Shown: positions 19,654-29,971, numbered from the stretch's first letter. The stretch: 64,000 bases of DNA from an uncultured Acidobacteriota bacterium (GCA_963777605.1 CAVZRV010000029.1:416001-480000); one strand, 5' to 3'. The notes: a model not told the origin generated them from the letters alone. Program-made: numbers and translations.

Positions 19654-19662
19654 TGGTATACT
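19654..19662 (+). promoter_or_regulatory. Extended -10 promoter element
   Basis: TGgTATACT ending 16 nt before the ATG at 19679. Confidence 0.45.
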
Positions 19663-19678
19663 ATCCGCCGAGATTTCA

Positions 19679-20677
19679 ATGGATTCTTTGTCAAGTGAAT
19701 CGATTACGTCTGCGTCGGTCTTCCGGCTGGTAGCCGATGATCTGGTCGAGGTCGAGAGAAGGCTCAAACTTGAAGCCTTGTCCAACCTTCGCCTGGTTGA
19801 TCAGATCAACCGCTACCTCCACGACAGCGGCGGAAAGCGTCTGCGACCGACATTGCTCCTGCTCGCTTCGAAGCTCTGCGACGGACCCCGTGAAGGGGCG
19901 CTCCAGTTGGGAGTCGTGGTGGAGTTGATCCACGTCGCCACGCTCGTGCACGACGACATCATTGACAATGCCTCAATGCGCCGCGGCCGGACATCGATCA
20001 ACGCTCGCTGGGGCAACGACGTCACGGTCCTGTTTGGCGACTGGCTCTACATGACGGCGTTCTGGATCGCTCTCCAGGAGCGGAAGCTTGTTCTTCTCGA
20101 CGTCCTGATTGACATCACTCGGAAGATGGTTGAAGGCGAGCTTTTGCAGCTCCAGCTGAGGTATCGGCTCAACGTATCGACCGACGACTACTACAAGGTG
20201 TGCTGGCACAAGACGGCCCACCTGTTCTCCGGCTGTGCGCGCCTGGGTGCCATCGTGTCTGAGTCAGGGGCGGAAATTGAACAGGCGCTGGGCGGTTTTG
20301 GCAGGTCCCTTGGCATGGCGTTCCAGCTCGTCGATGACCTGCTCGACTACACGGCCAGCGAATCCATTCTAGGGAAGCCGGTGCTCAAGGACCTGGAGGA
20401 GGGCAACGTCACCCTGCCGATCATCCAGTTGATGGCCAAGGCCGGGCCGGAGGAACGAAGTTTCCTCGAGTCGATGGTTCGTGAGCGCGCATTCACTCCC
20501 GAGAACAAGGCTCGGGTCGTGGACCTGATTAGCCACTACGGGACTCTCGGTGATCTGCGTACCAAGGCGATCGAGTATGCAGATGAAGCTCGCCGCTCTT
20601 TGCAGGCGATTCCCCCTTCCACCTACAAGGACGCCCTGGCTGAACTTCCCGACCTGATTCTCAACCGCCAGAGTTGA
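19679..20677 (+). CDS. ispB: Polyprenyl (octaprenyl-type) diphosphate synthase
   Basis: GGKRLRP, LVHDDIID..RRG (FARM), FQLVDDLLD (SARM), GKP..KDLEEG. Confidence 0.9.
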   Translation: MDSLSSESITSASVFRLVADDLVEVERRLKLEALSNLRLVDQINRYLHDSGGKRLRPTLLLLASKLCDGPREGALQLGVVVELIHVATLVHDDIIDNASMRRGRTSINARWGNDVTVLFGDWLYMTAFWIALQERKLVLLDVLIDITRKMVEGELLQLQLRYRLNVSTDDYYKVCWHKTAHLFSGCARLGAIVSESGAEIEQALGGFGRSLGMAFQLVDDLLDYTASESILGKPVLKDLEEGNVTLPIIQLMAKAGPEERSFLESMVRERAFTPENKARVVDLISHYGTLGDLRTKAIEYADEARRSLQAIPPSTYKDALAELPDLILNRQS

Positions 20678-20816
20678 GGTCAGTGCAGGATCCTTATCTT
20701 CACAGGAACCGGCGCGATGGTGTGGCTTGTCCAGCGGTGTGACACTGCTTGGGCTCGCGGAAGGCGTCTTCGAAACCCCGGAATTGGGTGGAGCCTCGGA
20801 TAGACCTGCATTGGCC
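20678..20816 (+). ncRNA. Candidate structured RNA or hairpin element (139-nt rod-like fold)
   Basis: 12-bp closing stem GGTCAGTGCAGG/CCTGCATTGGCC plus seven nested helices; fills the gap between convergent genes; no family recognised. Confidence 0.45.
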
Positions 20817-20827
20817 CCGGCGAACAG

Positions 20828-23158
20828 CTACTGGGGAGGCGGCGGCGGAGTGATGTCCTCCACCTGGAACACTTTGGGTTCCGGTTTCGGTTTCGGGGGA
20901 GTGCTTTCGGCCGTGACGACCGGCTCGTCGGTCGCTGGCGCGGCTTCTTCGTTCTCTGCCACGACCGGCTCCGGCAGGCCCGGTCGCCAGCCCGATTCGA
21001 ACTGCTCGGGCGGCATATCCTTCAGGATCTTTCCCATCATGTCTTTCCAGACCGGCAGTGCCAGGGTGTTCCCGTAAACGCGCTCACCCAGTGACTTCTT
21101 CTCGTCGTAGCCGATCCAGACGCCCGCCGTAAGGCGGTTCGTGAATCCGACGAACCAGGTGTCGGTGGACTCGTTCGTCGTCCCGGTCTTGCCGCCGATG
21201 GGGTGGCCTAACTCGAGCAGGGGGCGCCCGGAGCCCGCGCGGACGACCTCGCGCAGAAGGTAGATCATCTTGTCGGCGACATCGGGCGTGACGACCGCGT
21301 CAAAGACCTGGCCCCGGTGCTCCTGCAGAATGGCTCCGTTGTGGTCCTCCACCCGGTCGATGAAATAGGGTTCGGAACGAACCCCGTGATTGGGGAAGGA
21401 GCTGAACGCCGACACGACTTCTTCCAGCGTGACCTCGACCGAACCGAGGGCGATTGAGAGATAGGGAGGGAAGTCCTGTTTCATCCCGAAGCGCTTGGCA
21501 ACGTCGGCAATCTTCTGGGGGCCGAGCGAATTGGCCAGACGGACCGTGGGGACGTTTCGTGATTCGGCCAGCGCCTGTCGAATCGTGATCAGGCCTTTGT
21601 ATTTGTCGTCCCAGTTCGAAGGCGCATAGGGGCGCCCCAGCGCATCAGTGAACTCCACCGGGCTGTCGAGGATGGTGTCTTCCGGAGAAAAACCGGCTTC
21701 CATCGCAGCAACGTAGGTAAACGGCTTGAAGATCGACCCGGGCTGACGAAGCGCCTGCATTGCGCGGTTGAATTTGCTGTACTGAAAATCAAATCCGCCC
21801 ACCATCGCGCGAACAGCGCCGGTCCGATTGTCGAGGATCAGGGCTGCCCCCTGGACCTCGGGAATCTGATCGAGGGTAGCCTGGATCCGCTTGTTCGCCC
21901 GATCGACCTTGTCGAGCATGAAGACGTCAACGTCGCCCGGTTTCAGGACGTCGCTGACTTTCTTCCGCCTGGTCCACTTGAGCTGGTCCATCGTGATCGT
22001 GGCGCGATAGCTTCCCAGCTTGACATCGGCCGACTCGGCATTCGAGTCCAGAACCAGGCCGTGAATCATCTGTCCGTCATAGAAAAGCCGAGACCAGTCG
22101 GGATGACGGTACTCTTCGAGGGAGAATCCCCGTTCCAGGATGTTGTCTTCGGGCCCGGCCCAACCTCGTTTCTTGCGATCGAAGTCCCGGAGACCCTTCT
22201 TGACGGCTTCTTCGGCCGCCTGTTGCATGTCGAGGTCGAGAGTGGTGTAGATCTTGAGTCCGCCCGACCAGATATCCTCGGTGTGATAAGTGGCGTCGAG
22301 TTTCTGGCGGACCCATTCCACGAAGTAGGGAGCCGGTGTCTGATCATCGTCGCGCCCTTTGACGTCGAGCGGTTCGGCAATCGCCTGGTCGTACGCCGCC
22401 TTGTCGATAAAGTGGCGGCTGAGCATCTCCCTCAAAACGTAGTTGTTCCGGCGGGAAAGGGCCCGGTCGGGGTGAGTAATCGGGGAATACCGACCCGGAG
22501 CCTGGATGATCCCTGCCAGCAATGCACATTCGGCCAGCGTCAACTCGTCGAGGGTCTTGTGAAAGTAGAAGTCGGCACCCGCTGCGATCCCATAGCGACC
22601 GTGGCCGATTGAAATCTGGTTCGCGTAGAAGGTGAAGATCTGCTCCTTGGAGTAGGTCTTCTCAATATCGATGGCGTACAGGAAGTCCTTGATCTTGCGT
22701 TCCCAGGTCTTTTCGAAGCTGGTGAAGCGCATCTTGCTGAGCTGCATCGTCAGCGTCGAAGCTCCCTTCTTCTCAGAACGGACCACGTCCCAGAATGCAG
22801 TAGCAAAGACGCGCTGGAAATCGATTCCGGAGTGACTGAAGAAATTGGCGTCTTCGGCGGCCACGATGGCGTTCTTCATCTGGTCGGGAATGTCCTCGTA
22901 AGCGACCAGAATGCGTTTCTCCTGGGCAAACTGGCCGATGACTTTGCCGTCGGCGCCGTAAACCGTACTGCTCAAACCCGGGCGAACTTGCTCGAGTTCC
23001 TGGACTCTGGGCAGATTGACGACGTAGCCGAACACGACGCCGGCGGCCCCGCCAAGTATTACTGTACCGAGAAGAACGATCCCGTAGGTCGCCCAGAAAA
23101 CAACATGTCGGCCCCGCTTCGTTGACGCCAAAGTATTTCTCCCAATCGACTTCATCAT
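20828..23158 (-). CDS. mrcA: Penicillin-binding protein 1A (class A PBP)
   Basis: GT motifs EDANFFSHSG, GASTLTMQL; TP motifs SIFK, SRN, KTG; N-terminal TM; start approximate. Confidence 0.93.
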   Translation of the reverse strand: MMKSIGRNTLASTKRGRHVVFWATYGIVLLGTVILGGAAGVVFGYVVNLPRVQELEQVRPGLSSTVYGADGKVIGQFAQEKRILVAYEDIPDQMKNAIVAAEDANFFSHSGIDFQRVFATAFWDVVRSEKKGASTLTMQLSKMRFTSFEKTWERKIKDFLYAIDIEKTYSKEQIFTFYANQISIGHGRYGIAAGADFYFHKTLDELTLAECALLAGIIQAPGRYSPITHPDRALSRRNNYVLREMLSRHFIDKAAYDQAIAEPLDVKGRDDDQTPAPYFVEWVRQKLDATYHTEDIWSGGLKIYTTLDLDMQQAAEEAVKKGLRDFDRKKRGWAGPEDNILERGFSLEEYRHPDWSRLFYDGQMIHGLVLDSNAESADVKLGSYRATITMDQLKWTRRKKVSDVLKPGDVDVFMLDKVDRANKRIQATLDQIPEVQGAALILDNRTGAVRAMVGGFDFQYSKFNRAMQALRQPGSIFKPFTYVAAMEAGFSPEDTILDSPVEFTDALGRPYAPSNWDDKYKGLITIRQALAESRNVPTVRLANSLGPQKIADVAKRFGMKQDFPPYLSIALGSVEVTLEEVVSAFSSFPNHGVRSEPYFIDRVEDHNGAILQEHRGQVFDAVVTPDVADKMIYLLREVVRAGSGRPLLELGHPIGGKTGTTNESTDTWFVGFTNRLTAGVWIGYDEKKSLGERVYGNTLALPVWKDMMGKILKDMPPEQFESGWRPGLPEPVVAENEEAAPATDEPVVTAESTPPKPKPEPKVFQVEDITPPPPPQ

Positions 23159-23254
23159 TCTATCAATCAATTGGCGGCAGGGCATTCAATCCCGGAATGC
23201 GATCAGCGTCACAGATGGATGCGTACAATTGTGTTTCCATAAGGCCCGCGAGGT

Positions 23255-23560
23255 ATGAAGATTATGAGAAGAGGGATTCTGTCTATTCTGGTTCTTGGGG
23301 TTGTTCTGGCCGTTGCCGGTTCCGTACTGGCCCAGCAGTGGCAGTACGTTGGAGTGGTGACTTCCGACGTGTCTCGGGACGAATCGAGTCTGCTGGTGGA
23401 TGCGACGCAGCCGATCCAGGCTGGAAAGCTCCTCATGATCGAGAGTCGCGACGGCTTGGTCCGGGAGACCTGCGAGGTACGTCACGTCTACGGGCATGTC
23501 GTTATCCTGGAAGAGGCGCTCAAGGTGTCTTTCGTTTCAGGCGCGAAACTGTTCCAGTAG
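23255..23560 (+). CDS. Small exported hypothetical protein
   Basis: Signal peptide MRRGILSILVLGVVLAVAGSVLA-Q; beta-rich ~75-aa mature part. Confidence 0.65.
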   Translation: MKIMRRGILSILVLGVVLAVAGSVLAQQWQYVGVVTSDVSRDESSLLVDATQPIQAGKLLMIESRDGLVRETCEVRHVYGHVVILEEALKVSFVSGAKLFQ

Positions 23561-23631
23561 CGTAATTCGCGATCGAAGACTGAAGGGCAACGAGGACTGT
23601 CGGAAGTTCCGGCTGACTCCGGCCTCCGGAA

Positions 23632-24111
23632 CTACTCGTCCGATTTGGGCTGTTCGTGGATGGTCGTGACCTTGAGGATCTCGTAGCTTCGCCTTCCCCC
23701 GGGAGTGCGAATTTCCACTTCGTCACCCGCTACTCTTCCCATCAGGCTCTTTCCGATGGGAGATGACGTAGAGATGCGGCCGTTGGCCACATCGGCTTCT
23801 TCGCTGGTAACAAGCCGGTATGTCACTTCCTGATCGCGATCCACGTCGTAGAGGACCACGATAGTCCCGTAGGAGACTTTCCCGTGGGGAATTTTGTCGA
23901 GGTTGACCAGTGAGAGTTTCGCCAGGCGCTGCGTGAGATTCCCAAGTTCTGCCTGAACGTAAGTCTGTCGTTCCTTGGCAGCCTGGTACTCTGCATTTTC
24001 CCTGAGGTCGCCCAGTTCACGTGCCTTCTGGATGGCCTTGGGCAATTCGTCTTTAAGCTCTCGTTCGAGCTTCCGAATCCTTGCTTCCAGTTGTTGTTTG
24101 ACTTCTTTCAA
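23632..24111 (-). CDS. greA: Transcription elongation factor GreA
   Basis: ARELGDLRENAEYQAAKE, ISTSSPIGKSLMG; TTG start overlaps nuoN stop. Confidence 0.95.
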   Translation of the reverse strand: MKEVKQQLEARIRKLERELKDELPKAIQKARELGDLRENAEYQAAKERQTYVQAELGNLTQRLAKLSLVNLDKIPHGKVSYGTIVVLYDVDRDQEVTYRLVTSEEADVANGRISTSSPIGKSLMGRVAGDEVEIRTPGGRRSYEILKVTTIHEQPKSDE

Positions 24112-25538
24112 AAGTGAATCGCCTCGCTAGCCAGATTCAAAAGACCGCCCGGAAGGATGCCGAGGTAGAGCGTTCCGACGACCATCACCACGAGCAGAAT
24201 GCGCGCAGCCAGAGGAATCCTGATTGCTTCAATCTCGCCCTCGGGGTCTTTCATATACATGAATACTATGACCCGCAGGTAGTAGTAGATGCCGATCGCG
24301 GACGCGATTACCGCAATCACCACCAGCCAGTACATCCCGCTCTCAATTGCCGCCGAAAACAGAAACAGTTTGCCTGCGAACCCTCCCGTGAAGGGAATGC
24401 CTGCCAGCGAGACCAGAAAGACCGACAGTGCAATGCCGAGGCCGGGATACTTGAATCCCAGTCCGGCGTAGTCCTTGATCGCTACCGTCTGCTCGTTCTT
24501 GCGTCCCACGAGTTGAACCACGATCAGCGCGCCCAGATTCATGAACGCGTAAGCCATAAGATAGAAAAGCACGCCTTGGCCGCCGAGTTCGTTGCTTGCC
24601 GCCACACCGACCAGCAGGTAACCTGCGTGTGCGATGGAAGAGTATCCCAGCATTCGCTTGATGTTGGTCTGAGACAGCGCAGCAATGTTGCCGATCAGCA
24701 TGGTCAGGACGGCCGAAACCCAGAGCAGGGTTTGCCATTCCACGCTGAACGCTGGAAATACCTGGTAGAGAATCCGGAGAAATGCGACCAGAGCGGCAGC
24801 CTTCGACGCCACTGCAAGGTGAGCGGTGATCGGTGTCGGGGCCCCTTCATAGACGTCGGGGGTCCAGACGTGGAATGGCGCCAGCGCCGCCTTGAACCCG
24901 AACCCGACCATTAGCAGGCCCATCCCGACGTAGAGCATGGGGGACGCTGCGCCGCCGCCGCCGATCGACTCAGCGATTTCGAGGTACTTGGTGGTTCCGG
25001 TCGCACCATAGATCAGTGAGATACCGTAGAGCAGGAAACCGGTCGAAAAAGCGCCGAGCAAGAAGTACTTCAAGGCCGATTCGATTGACTTCATCTCGTC
25101 ACGCCGAAAGCCGGCCAGGACATAAGTGGCAATGGAAAGCACCTCGATGCCGAGGAAGGTCATGATGAGATCGGCACTGGCCGCCATCAGGCCCATGCCC
25201 ACCGCCGCGAAAAGGAGCAAGGCGAAATACTCGGCATGAAACAGGCGATCCGTCTCCAGGTAACTGATGGAGGTCGTGATGATCGCACCGACCGAAATCA
25301 AGATGATGACCCTGGAGAACTGGGCAAAGTCGTCCTGAAAAACTGTGTTGAAAAAGGCCACGTCGGACTGGCCCCATTGGACGATCACGGTGACCAGGGC
25401 CAGAAGAACTCCACCCAGGGCCAGATATCCCAGCCGAGGCTGATTTTCATCTGCCGTGATTGGGATCAGGATGACCAGAAGTATGCCCACAACGGACAGG
25501 ATGATTTCGGGCAATAGAGCAAAATAGTTGATATCCAT
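24108..25538 (-). CDS. nuoN: NADH-quinone oxidoreductase subunit N
   Basis: ESALKYFLLG, FKAALAPFHVWTPDVYEGAP, KRMLGYSSIAHAGY. Confidence 0.95.
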   Translation of the reverse strand: MDINYFALLPEIILSVVGILLVILIPITADENQPRLGYLALGGVLLALVTVIVQWGQSDVAFFNTVFQDDFAQFSRVIILISVGAIITTSISYLETDRLFHAEYFALLLFAAVGMGLMAASADLIMTFLGIEVLSIATYVLAGFRRDEMKSIESALKYFLLGAFSTGFLLYGISLIYGATGTTKYLEIAESIGGGGAASPMLYVGMGLLMVGFGFKAALAPFHVWTPDVYEGAPTPITAHLAVASKAAALVAFLRILYQVFPAFSVEWQTLLWVSAVLTMLIGNIAALSQTNIKRMLGYSSIAHAGYLLVGVAASNELGGQGVLFYLMAYAFMNLGALIVVQLVGRKNEQTVAIKDYAGLGFKYPGLGIALSVFLVSLAGIPFTGGFAGKLFLFSAAIESGMYWLVVIAVIASAIGIYYYLRVIVFMYMKDPEGEIEAIRIPLAARILLVVMVVGTLYLGILPGGLLNLASEAIHF

Positions 25539-25556
25539 TGCTTCTTTCAGGAGCAC

Positions 25557-27104
25557 TTATTCAACGACACTGCGGGCGTCCACGGACATCACCCGAGAAC
25601 CCCTTGCATCTTCAATCCGATCGACGACCTTCTGAACCGAAACGTCCATTTTCCTCAGGAAGCCACCCGATGCGACTCCCATCCAGACCGCCAGCACGAT
25701 CAATGGCAGGATCGTGAAGATTTCCCGATAGGAGAGGTCGGGCAGTCCCTTGTTCTGATCGTTTTCCAAGGGACCGAGGAACACCCTCTGATACATCCAA
25801 AGCATGTAGACTGCGGCAAAGATTACGGCCGAGGCTCCCACGATGGCGAAAACGTGATTGTCCAGGAACGTGCCCTGGAGGATCAGGAACTCACCGACGA
25901 AGCCATTCAGTCCCGGCAGGCCGATGCTGCTCAGCGTGATCACCAGGAACATCGTCGCGTAAATGGGCATCGGCTGGGCGATTCCGCCGAAGTTTTTGAT
26001 CTCGCGGGTGTGCCGCCGATCGTAGATCATGCCGACGAGCAGGAAGAGCGCTCCGGTCGAGACACCATGGTTGAGCATCTGGTAGGTCGCGCCCTCGATT
26101 GACACCACGTTGAAGGCGAAAATCCCAAGCACCACAAAACCGAGGTGACTCACCGAGGAATAGGCAACCAGTTTCTTGACGTCGGGCTGGACCATGGCAA
26201 CCAGGGCGCCGTAAATGATCCCAATGACCGCCAGCACGCTGACGACCGGCGCCAGTCGGACGGAAGCATCGGGGAACATCGGCAGGCAGAAGCGGAGAAT
26301 GCCGTAGGTGCCCATTTTCAGGAGGACGCCGGCCAGGATCACCGAGCCTGCGGTCGGAGCCTCGACGTGCGCGTCGGGTAACCAGGTGTGGAACGGAAAG
26401 AGCGGTACCTTGATGGCGAACGCAAGGAAGAAAGCCAGAAACAGCAACATTTCCGTGCCCGGAGCCAGGGTGATCTCTCCCGAGGCCAACCGTTGGGTGA
26501 TCTGGACGATGTCGAAGTTCTCCCCGCCGTTGTTCAGGAAGTAGAGCGTGATCAACGCCGCCAGCATTAAGAGCGAGCCGGTAGCGGTGTACAGGAAGAA
26601 CTTGACCGCCGCGTAAATCCTCCGGGTCCCGCCCCAGATTCCGATAAGGAAGTACATCGGAATCAGCATCGCCTCCCAGAAGAAGTAGAAAACGATCAGG
26701 TCGAGGGCGATGAAGACGCCGAGCATGGCGGTCTCCAGCAGGAGCATCAGCGCCATGTAGCCCTTCAGGCTTCGTTCGACGCTCCAGCTCCCGAGGATTG
26801 CCAGCGGCATGATCACGGTGGTCAGGAGGACCAGGAAAAGGCTGATCCCGTCGACTCCGACGTGGTAATGGATGGAGAAACCGCCGGCTTCGATCCAGGA
26901 AATGTTCTGGACGAACTGCATCTCGGCCGTTCCGGGGTCAAACTGGGTCAGGAGCGGTACCGAAGCAGCCAGGGCCGCCAAAGTGACAATGAGCGCCGTG
27001 TACCGGATCGCTACCCGGTTCTCACCGGGCAACAAGGCAATCAGCACTGCTCCGACCGTCGGAATGAGCAGAAGTAGTGTGAGCATGTTCTCTGGCGCCA
27101 ACAT
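25557..27104 (-). CDS. nuoM: NADH-quinone oxidoreductase subunit M
   Basis: GVDGISL, FWEAMLIPMY, KVPLFPFHTWLPDAHVEAP, LKMGTYG. Confidence 0.96.
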   Translation of the reverse strand: MLAPENMLTLLLLIPTVGAVLIALLPGENRVAIRYTALIVTLAALAASVPLLTQFDPGTAEMQFVQNISWIEAGGFSIHYHVGVDGISLFLVLLTTVIMPLAILGSWSVERSLKGYMALMLLLETAMLGVFIALDLIVFYFFWEAMLIPMYFLIGIWGGTRRIYAAVKFFLYTATGSLLMLAALITLYFLNNGGENFDIVQITQRLASGEITLAPGTEMLLFLAFFLAFAIKVPLFPFHTWLPDAHVEAPTAGSVILAGVLLKMGTYGILRFCLPMFPDASVRLAPVVSVLAVIGIIYGALVAMVQPDVKKLVAYSSVSHLGFVVLGIFAFNVVSIEGATYQMLNHGVSTGALFLLVGMIYDRRHTREIKNFGGIAQPMPIYATMFLVITLSSIGLPGLNGFVGEFLILQGTFLDNHVFAIVGASAVIFAAVYMLWMYQRVFLGPLENDQNKGLPDLSYREIFTILPLIVLAVWMGVASGGFLRKMDVSVQKVVDRIEDARGSRVMSVDARSVVE

Positions 27105-27107
27105 TTC

Positions 27108-29081
27108 CTAACTCGTGATGTAGTAAAAGACAACCACCAGGACGGCACCCAGCAGGATCCAGTTGGCATACACACGGGCATAGCCATCCTGGATCTTCCG
27201 TACCGAGTCGCTCCACCTGAGTGCCAACGATGCAATCCCGTCAACGGCCCCGTCGATGAGGCCAACGTCGATACCCTTCCAGAGGACCAGGCGGGAAAAT
27301 CGCTCGATCGGCCAAACCACCAGCGCGTCGTAAATTTCGTCAACGTAAAACTTGTTCCAAAGTACCCGGTGCAACCCGGCATAGCGGACAGCCACCCGTT
27401 CGGCCCGCGTAGGATCCGCAATAAAGTACCGGTAGGCAACCCAGATTCCAAGAATGGCCAGGGTGACAACCAGCAGCGTCAGGCCGATCTCAACCGAATG
27501 GCCATAAGCCTCGCCGTGCAGTTCCCCGCGAAACGCGAATTCAAACGACGGTTCCAGGTAATGCTCGAGGTAGTTCGGTCCCAACCAGGCGGGCAGGCCG
27601 ACCAGACCACCGAGCACTGAAAGCAACGCAAGGATCGACAGGGGTCCCGTGATGATCCAGGAAGGCTCTTTCGGCTTGGCGTCACCGTGCCCGTGTCCCG
27701 AATGCTCTTCGTGTCCGTGATGGCTCAGGTCGAAGCGTTCCTCGCCGTAGAACGTCAGGTACATTAACCGGGCCATGTAAAAGGCGGTCAGAGCCGCCAC
27801 CACGGTTCCAATGAACCAGAGGATCGCGTTGCCGTGGGGACTGGTCAGAGACTGCCAGAGGATTTCGTCTTTCGAAAAGAACCCCGCGAATGGGGGAATC
27901 CCGGAGATGGCAAGAGTGGCGATACCCATGGTCGCCCAGGTCACCGGAAGGTACTTCTTGAGTCCGCCCATCTTCATCATGTCCTGCTCGTGGTGAACCG
28001 CCAGAATGACGCTGCCGGAACCCAGGAAGAGCAGGGCTTTGAAAAAGGCGTGGGTGTAGAGGTGAAAGATCCCAGCCGAAAAAGCGCCGACACCAACCGC
28101 CAGGATCATGTATCCCAACTGGCTGACTGTCGAGTAGGCCAAAACCCGCTTGATGTCCCGTTGGGTAATCGCGATCAGGGCCGCCACCAGGGCTGTGGCC
28201 ACACCTACCACCGCGACGATCATCATGGCTTCCGGGGCCCGGCTGTAAATCGCCGAAGAGCGGGCGATCATGTAGACACCGGCGGTGACCATGGTGGCAG
28301 CGTGGATGAGGGCGCTCACCGGGGTCGGGCCGGCCATGGCATCGGGAAGCCAGACGTACAGAGGAATCTGGGCGCTCTTGCCGGTCGCTCCGAGAAAGAG
28401 CAGGAGAGCGATCGCGGCAAGGAGACCGAACCCGGCATCCGGGGTCGGAAAACGTTCACTCACGGCTTCGAAGACCTGGTGGAAATTCAGCGATCCGAAG
28501 TTCTGGAAAATCAGGAACATTCCCAGCAGGAATCCGAAATCTCCGATCCGGTTTACGATGAAGGCTTTCTTGGCCGCGTCGCCGGCGACCCGGGTTTCAA
28601 AGAAATAGCCGATCAGGAGATAGGAGCAGAGTCCCACACCTTCCCACCCGACGAACATGAGGAGGTAGTTGTCGGCCAGGACCAGGATGCTCATCATGAA
28701 GATGAAAAGATTCAGATAGGCGAAAAACCGGTAGGTACCGGTCTCGCCGGCCATGTACTCGATCGAGTAGACGTGAATCAGGAAGCCGACCCCGGTGACG
28801 ACGAGGATCATGACCGAGGAAAGCGGGTCGAGGAGAAACGAGCAGTCAGCGCTGAACGATCCGGCCTGTATCCAATTGAAAAGATGATTGACCACAACCC
28901 GATCTTCAGCGGCCCGGCCCAGCAACTCGATGAATGAAAGGGCTGCGACTGAGAAACTGGCGAAAACCGTCAGCGAGCCAATGATCCCGATCAACCGGGC
29001 GGGCAGTCGTTTTCCCACGAGGCCGTTCAGGGCCGCTCCAAGCAGGGGGAACAGGAGAAGAATCCAGAAATTATCCAGCAT
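27108..29081 (-). CDS. nuoL: NADH-quinone oxidoreductase subunit L
   Basis: GWEGVGLCSY, NRIGDFG, KSAQIPLYVWLPDAMAGPTPVSALIHAATMV, HAFFKALLF. Confidence 0.97.
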   Translation of the reverse strand: MLDNFWILLLFPLLGAALNGLVGKRLPARLIGIIGSLTVFASFSVAALSFIELLGRAAEDRVVVNHLFNWIQAGSFSADCSFLLDPLSSVMILVVTGVGFLIHVYSIEYMAGETGTYRFFAYLNLFIFMMSILVLADNYLLMFVGWEGVGLCSYLLIGYFFETRVAGDAAKKAFIVNRIGDFGFLLGMFLIFQNFGSLNFHQVFEAVSERFPTPDAGFGLLAAIALLLFLGATGKSAQIPLYVWLPDAMAGPTPVSALIHAATMVTAGVYMIARSSAIYSRAPEAMMIVAVVGVATALVAALIAITQRDIKRVLAYSTVSQLGYMILAVGVGAFSAGIFHLYTHAFFKALLFLGSGSVILAVHHEQDMMKMGGLKKYLPVTWATMGIATLAISGIPPFAGFFSKDEILWQSLTSPHGNAILWFIGTVVAALTAFYMARLMYLTFYGEERFDLSHHGHEEHSGHGHGDAKPKEPSWIITGPLSILALLSVLGGLVGLPAWLGPNYLEHYLEPSFEFAFRGELHGEAYGHSVEIGLTLLVVTLAILGIWVAYRYFIADPTRAERVAVRYAGLHRVLWNKFYVDEIYDALVVWPIERFSRLVLWKGIDVGLIDGAVDGIASLALRWSDSVRKIQDGYARVYANWILLGAVLVVVFYYITS

Positions 29082-29084
29082 CGC

Positions 29085-29387
29085 TCACCACTTCATCGTG
29101 TCGGCCTGATCCACGTCTACGGAATTCGTCTTTCTCGCCAGAAGCACGATAATGGCGAGGCCAACGGCAACCTCCGCAGCGGCAACGGTCATCACAAAGA
29201 AAACAAATATCTGCCCGTCTACCTGCCCGAACGAGCGAGCAAAGGCGAGGAAGGTCAGATTAACGGCGTTCAGCATCAATTCGATGCACATGAACATCGT
29301 GATCACATTGCGCCGAATGATCACGCCGAAAGCACCGATCGTGAAAAGAATTGCTCCCAAAGCCAGATAGTGGGTGGTGGAAACCAT
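29085..29387 (-). CDS. nuoK: NADH-quinone oxidoreductase subunit K
   Basis: [28 protein letters not shown]. Confidence 0.97.
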   Translation of the reverse strand: MVSTTHYLALGAILFTIGAFGVIIRRNVITMFMCIELMLNAVNLTFLAFARSFGQVDGQIFVFFVMTVAAAEVAVGLAIIVLLARKTNSVDVDQADTMKW

Positions 29388-29392
29388 AATCG

Positions 29393-29881
29393 TCAGTCGG
29401 TCCGCTTGGCTAAAACCATCGCTCCCAGAACAGCAACGAGGATCAGTATCGAGGTCACTTCAAAGGGGAGCAGGTAGTCACTGAAGAGTGATCGTGCAAT
29501 GCTCTGGATCTCCCCGTTGGCCGCGAAGGCGCCTGCAGGCTCAGCCATGCTGGTCACCGTCCTGACCATGACGAAAGCGAAGACCACAGCGAGAGGTGCA
29601 GCGACGGCCGCAAGACCGCCGACTCTCCTGATCTGAAAGGCTTCTGCTTCCGGATCGATCAGCATCACTACAAACAGGAACAGCACCATGATGGCGCCAG
29701 CGTAGACAATCACCTGAATTGCCGCGATGAAGATAGCCCCGAGTTGGTAGAAGAGCACTGCGACGGAAAATAAACAGACAATCAGAGCCAACGCGCTGTA
29801 AAGTGCCCGGCGCTGGAGCACAACCAACAGGGCAGCTGCCACAGATACGCCCGCACAGAGGTAGAATACTAACTGCTCCAC
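29393..29881 (-). CDS. nuoJ: NADH-quinone oxidoreductase subunit J
   Basis: [38 protein letters not shown]. Confidence 0.96.
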   Translation of the reverse strand: MEQLVFYLCAGVSVAAALLVVLQRRALYSALALIVCLFSVAVLFYQLGAIFIAAIQVIVYAGAIMVLFLFVVMLIDPEAEAFQIRRVGGLAAVAAPLAVVFAFVMVRTVTSMAEPAGAFAANGEIQSIARSLFSDYLLPFEVTSILILVAVLGAMVLAKRTD

Positions 29882-29942
29882 TGCCTAAACCCCTTGATGA
29901 TCAACACTTAGTTGCAACGCCCTCGTCGGAAGTAGAGCTAGA

Positions 29943-29971
29943 ATCTTATTGTCTGTAGCGGTACTTGTCAA
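29943..29971 (-). promoter_or_regulatory. Sigma70-type promoter for nuoJKLMN-greA
   Basis: Minus strand TTGACA-17 nt-TAAGAT about 60 nt upstream of nuoJ. Confidence 0.65.

Noticed and set aside
20678-20816. tRNA-Sec or SRP RNA, suggested by selB and ffh in the window
   Set aside because: No cloverleaf with UCA anticodon and no SRP domain IV motif (CAGG..GGAA..AGCA)
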